Positions 63,201 through 64,000 of a stretch of 64,000 nt of DNA are shown here, in pieces (the stretch's first letter is position 1; each line of letters begins with the position of its first letter). The stretch is taken from assembly GCA_036630325.1 (NCBI GenBank), contig CP142728.1, positions 992,001 to 1,056,000 of the forward strand, read 5' to 3'. Source of the DNA: Vairimorpha necatrix (taxonomy: Eukaryota). A program made the translations under genes and the position numbers. A model generated the notes under the pieces. The model was not told where the DNA came from. It did no database searches and saw nothing but the letters and a program-made list of their open reading frames with translations.

Positions 63201-64000
63201 AAAAGGCAAAGAACTAATAGACGCCGATGCAATTAGCAGGATTTATGAGGATCCAAAAGGAGTTGAAGAACTTAGAATTAAAAATTAAAACGTATTAATC
63301 GCTTCTGATGGGAAGTGGTACTATAAAGTAAATGAAAATGAAATTAGATATTTCCCCGAAGTTCTTGAAAGAAAAGATATTTTATATAAAGCACACGAAG
63401 TACACACCGCGCATGGTGGAATAAGTGCCATGACTTACGAATTGAAAAAGAACTATTATTGGCCAAAAATGACAGAATCAATAACAAATTATATAAAAAA
63501 CTGTGAATCATGTGTCCGAAACGATCAAAAAAGCTTAGGAGGTGAAGAATTTGTAGAAACACAGAGACCGTTAGAAATATTTGGAATAGACCTAATGTTT
63601 ATTGACCAGAAGACGACACTTATGACTTGTATAGATTACTTTACACGTAGATGTATGATGAAACCCTTTCAATCAAAGAAAGCTAGCGTTTGTAGAAATG
63701 CAATAACAGAAATGTTTCAAGAGATTGGAGTTCCAGAGATAATTATTACACAATGGAAAAGAATTTACAGCTACAACTATTAAAGAAATCATGTCTAATA
63801 TGTTAATAAACCACCATAAAATTTCTATAGACATGCATCAGTCTAATGGTAGGATAGAAAGATTACATAGGAAAATTTGGCAAGCAAAAAAAAAAATAGA
63901 ATGTAATCAAAAGGAAACATTAGAAGAAATTTTATATGATGTAGAAAATAAAATTAATAATACATTTAATAGAGCAATAGGTTGTACCCCGAACGAAGCA
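60235..64000 (+). mobile_element. Decayed Ty3/Gypsy element I, running off the window end
   Basis: Putative long LTR from ~60235; PBS-like TGGCGC at 60821; fragmented gag, PR-like (MDEGS), RT (YLDD), RNase H (TDAS) and IN (HHCC, GIDL). Left boundary uncertain. Confidence 0.8.

Overview
AT-rich eukaryotic DNA from a microsporidian, most likely Vairimorpha. This rests on a compact SSU-ITS-LSU rDNA unit with the 5.8S fused to the LSU (39111 to ~42830) and a ricin-B-lectin-type gene. The window is almost entirely a transposon island with one recognisable host protein gene. I resolved about ten Ty3/Gypsy LTR retrotransposons (labelled A-J; nested up to four levels, boundaries fixed by LTR pairs and target-site duplications), a tandem array of an APE-RT LINE just downstream of the LSU with a repeated ~310-330 bp structured module, three copies of a tRNA-headed SINE, and Merlin-type DNA transposons. 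Main highlights: (1) four divergent Gypsy elements (B, C, D, F) lack a tRNA primer-binding site and instead carry a perfect 12-nt palindrome exactly 1 nt after the 5' LTR, with compensatory changes, suggesting tRNA-independent priming; (2) a 3.07-kb intact Gypsy element with 38-bp LTRs and no visible protease; (3) a ~790-bp tRNA-derived SINE family; (4) the rDNA-adjacent LINE array. All calls were made by eye from the sequence and ORF track. No database searches were run, so novelty is unverified.
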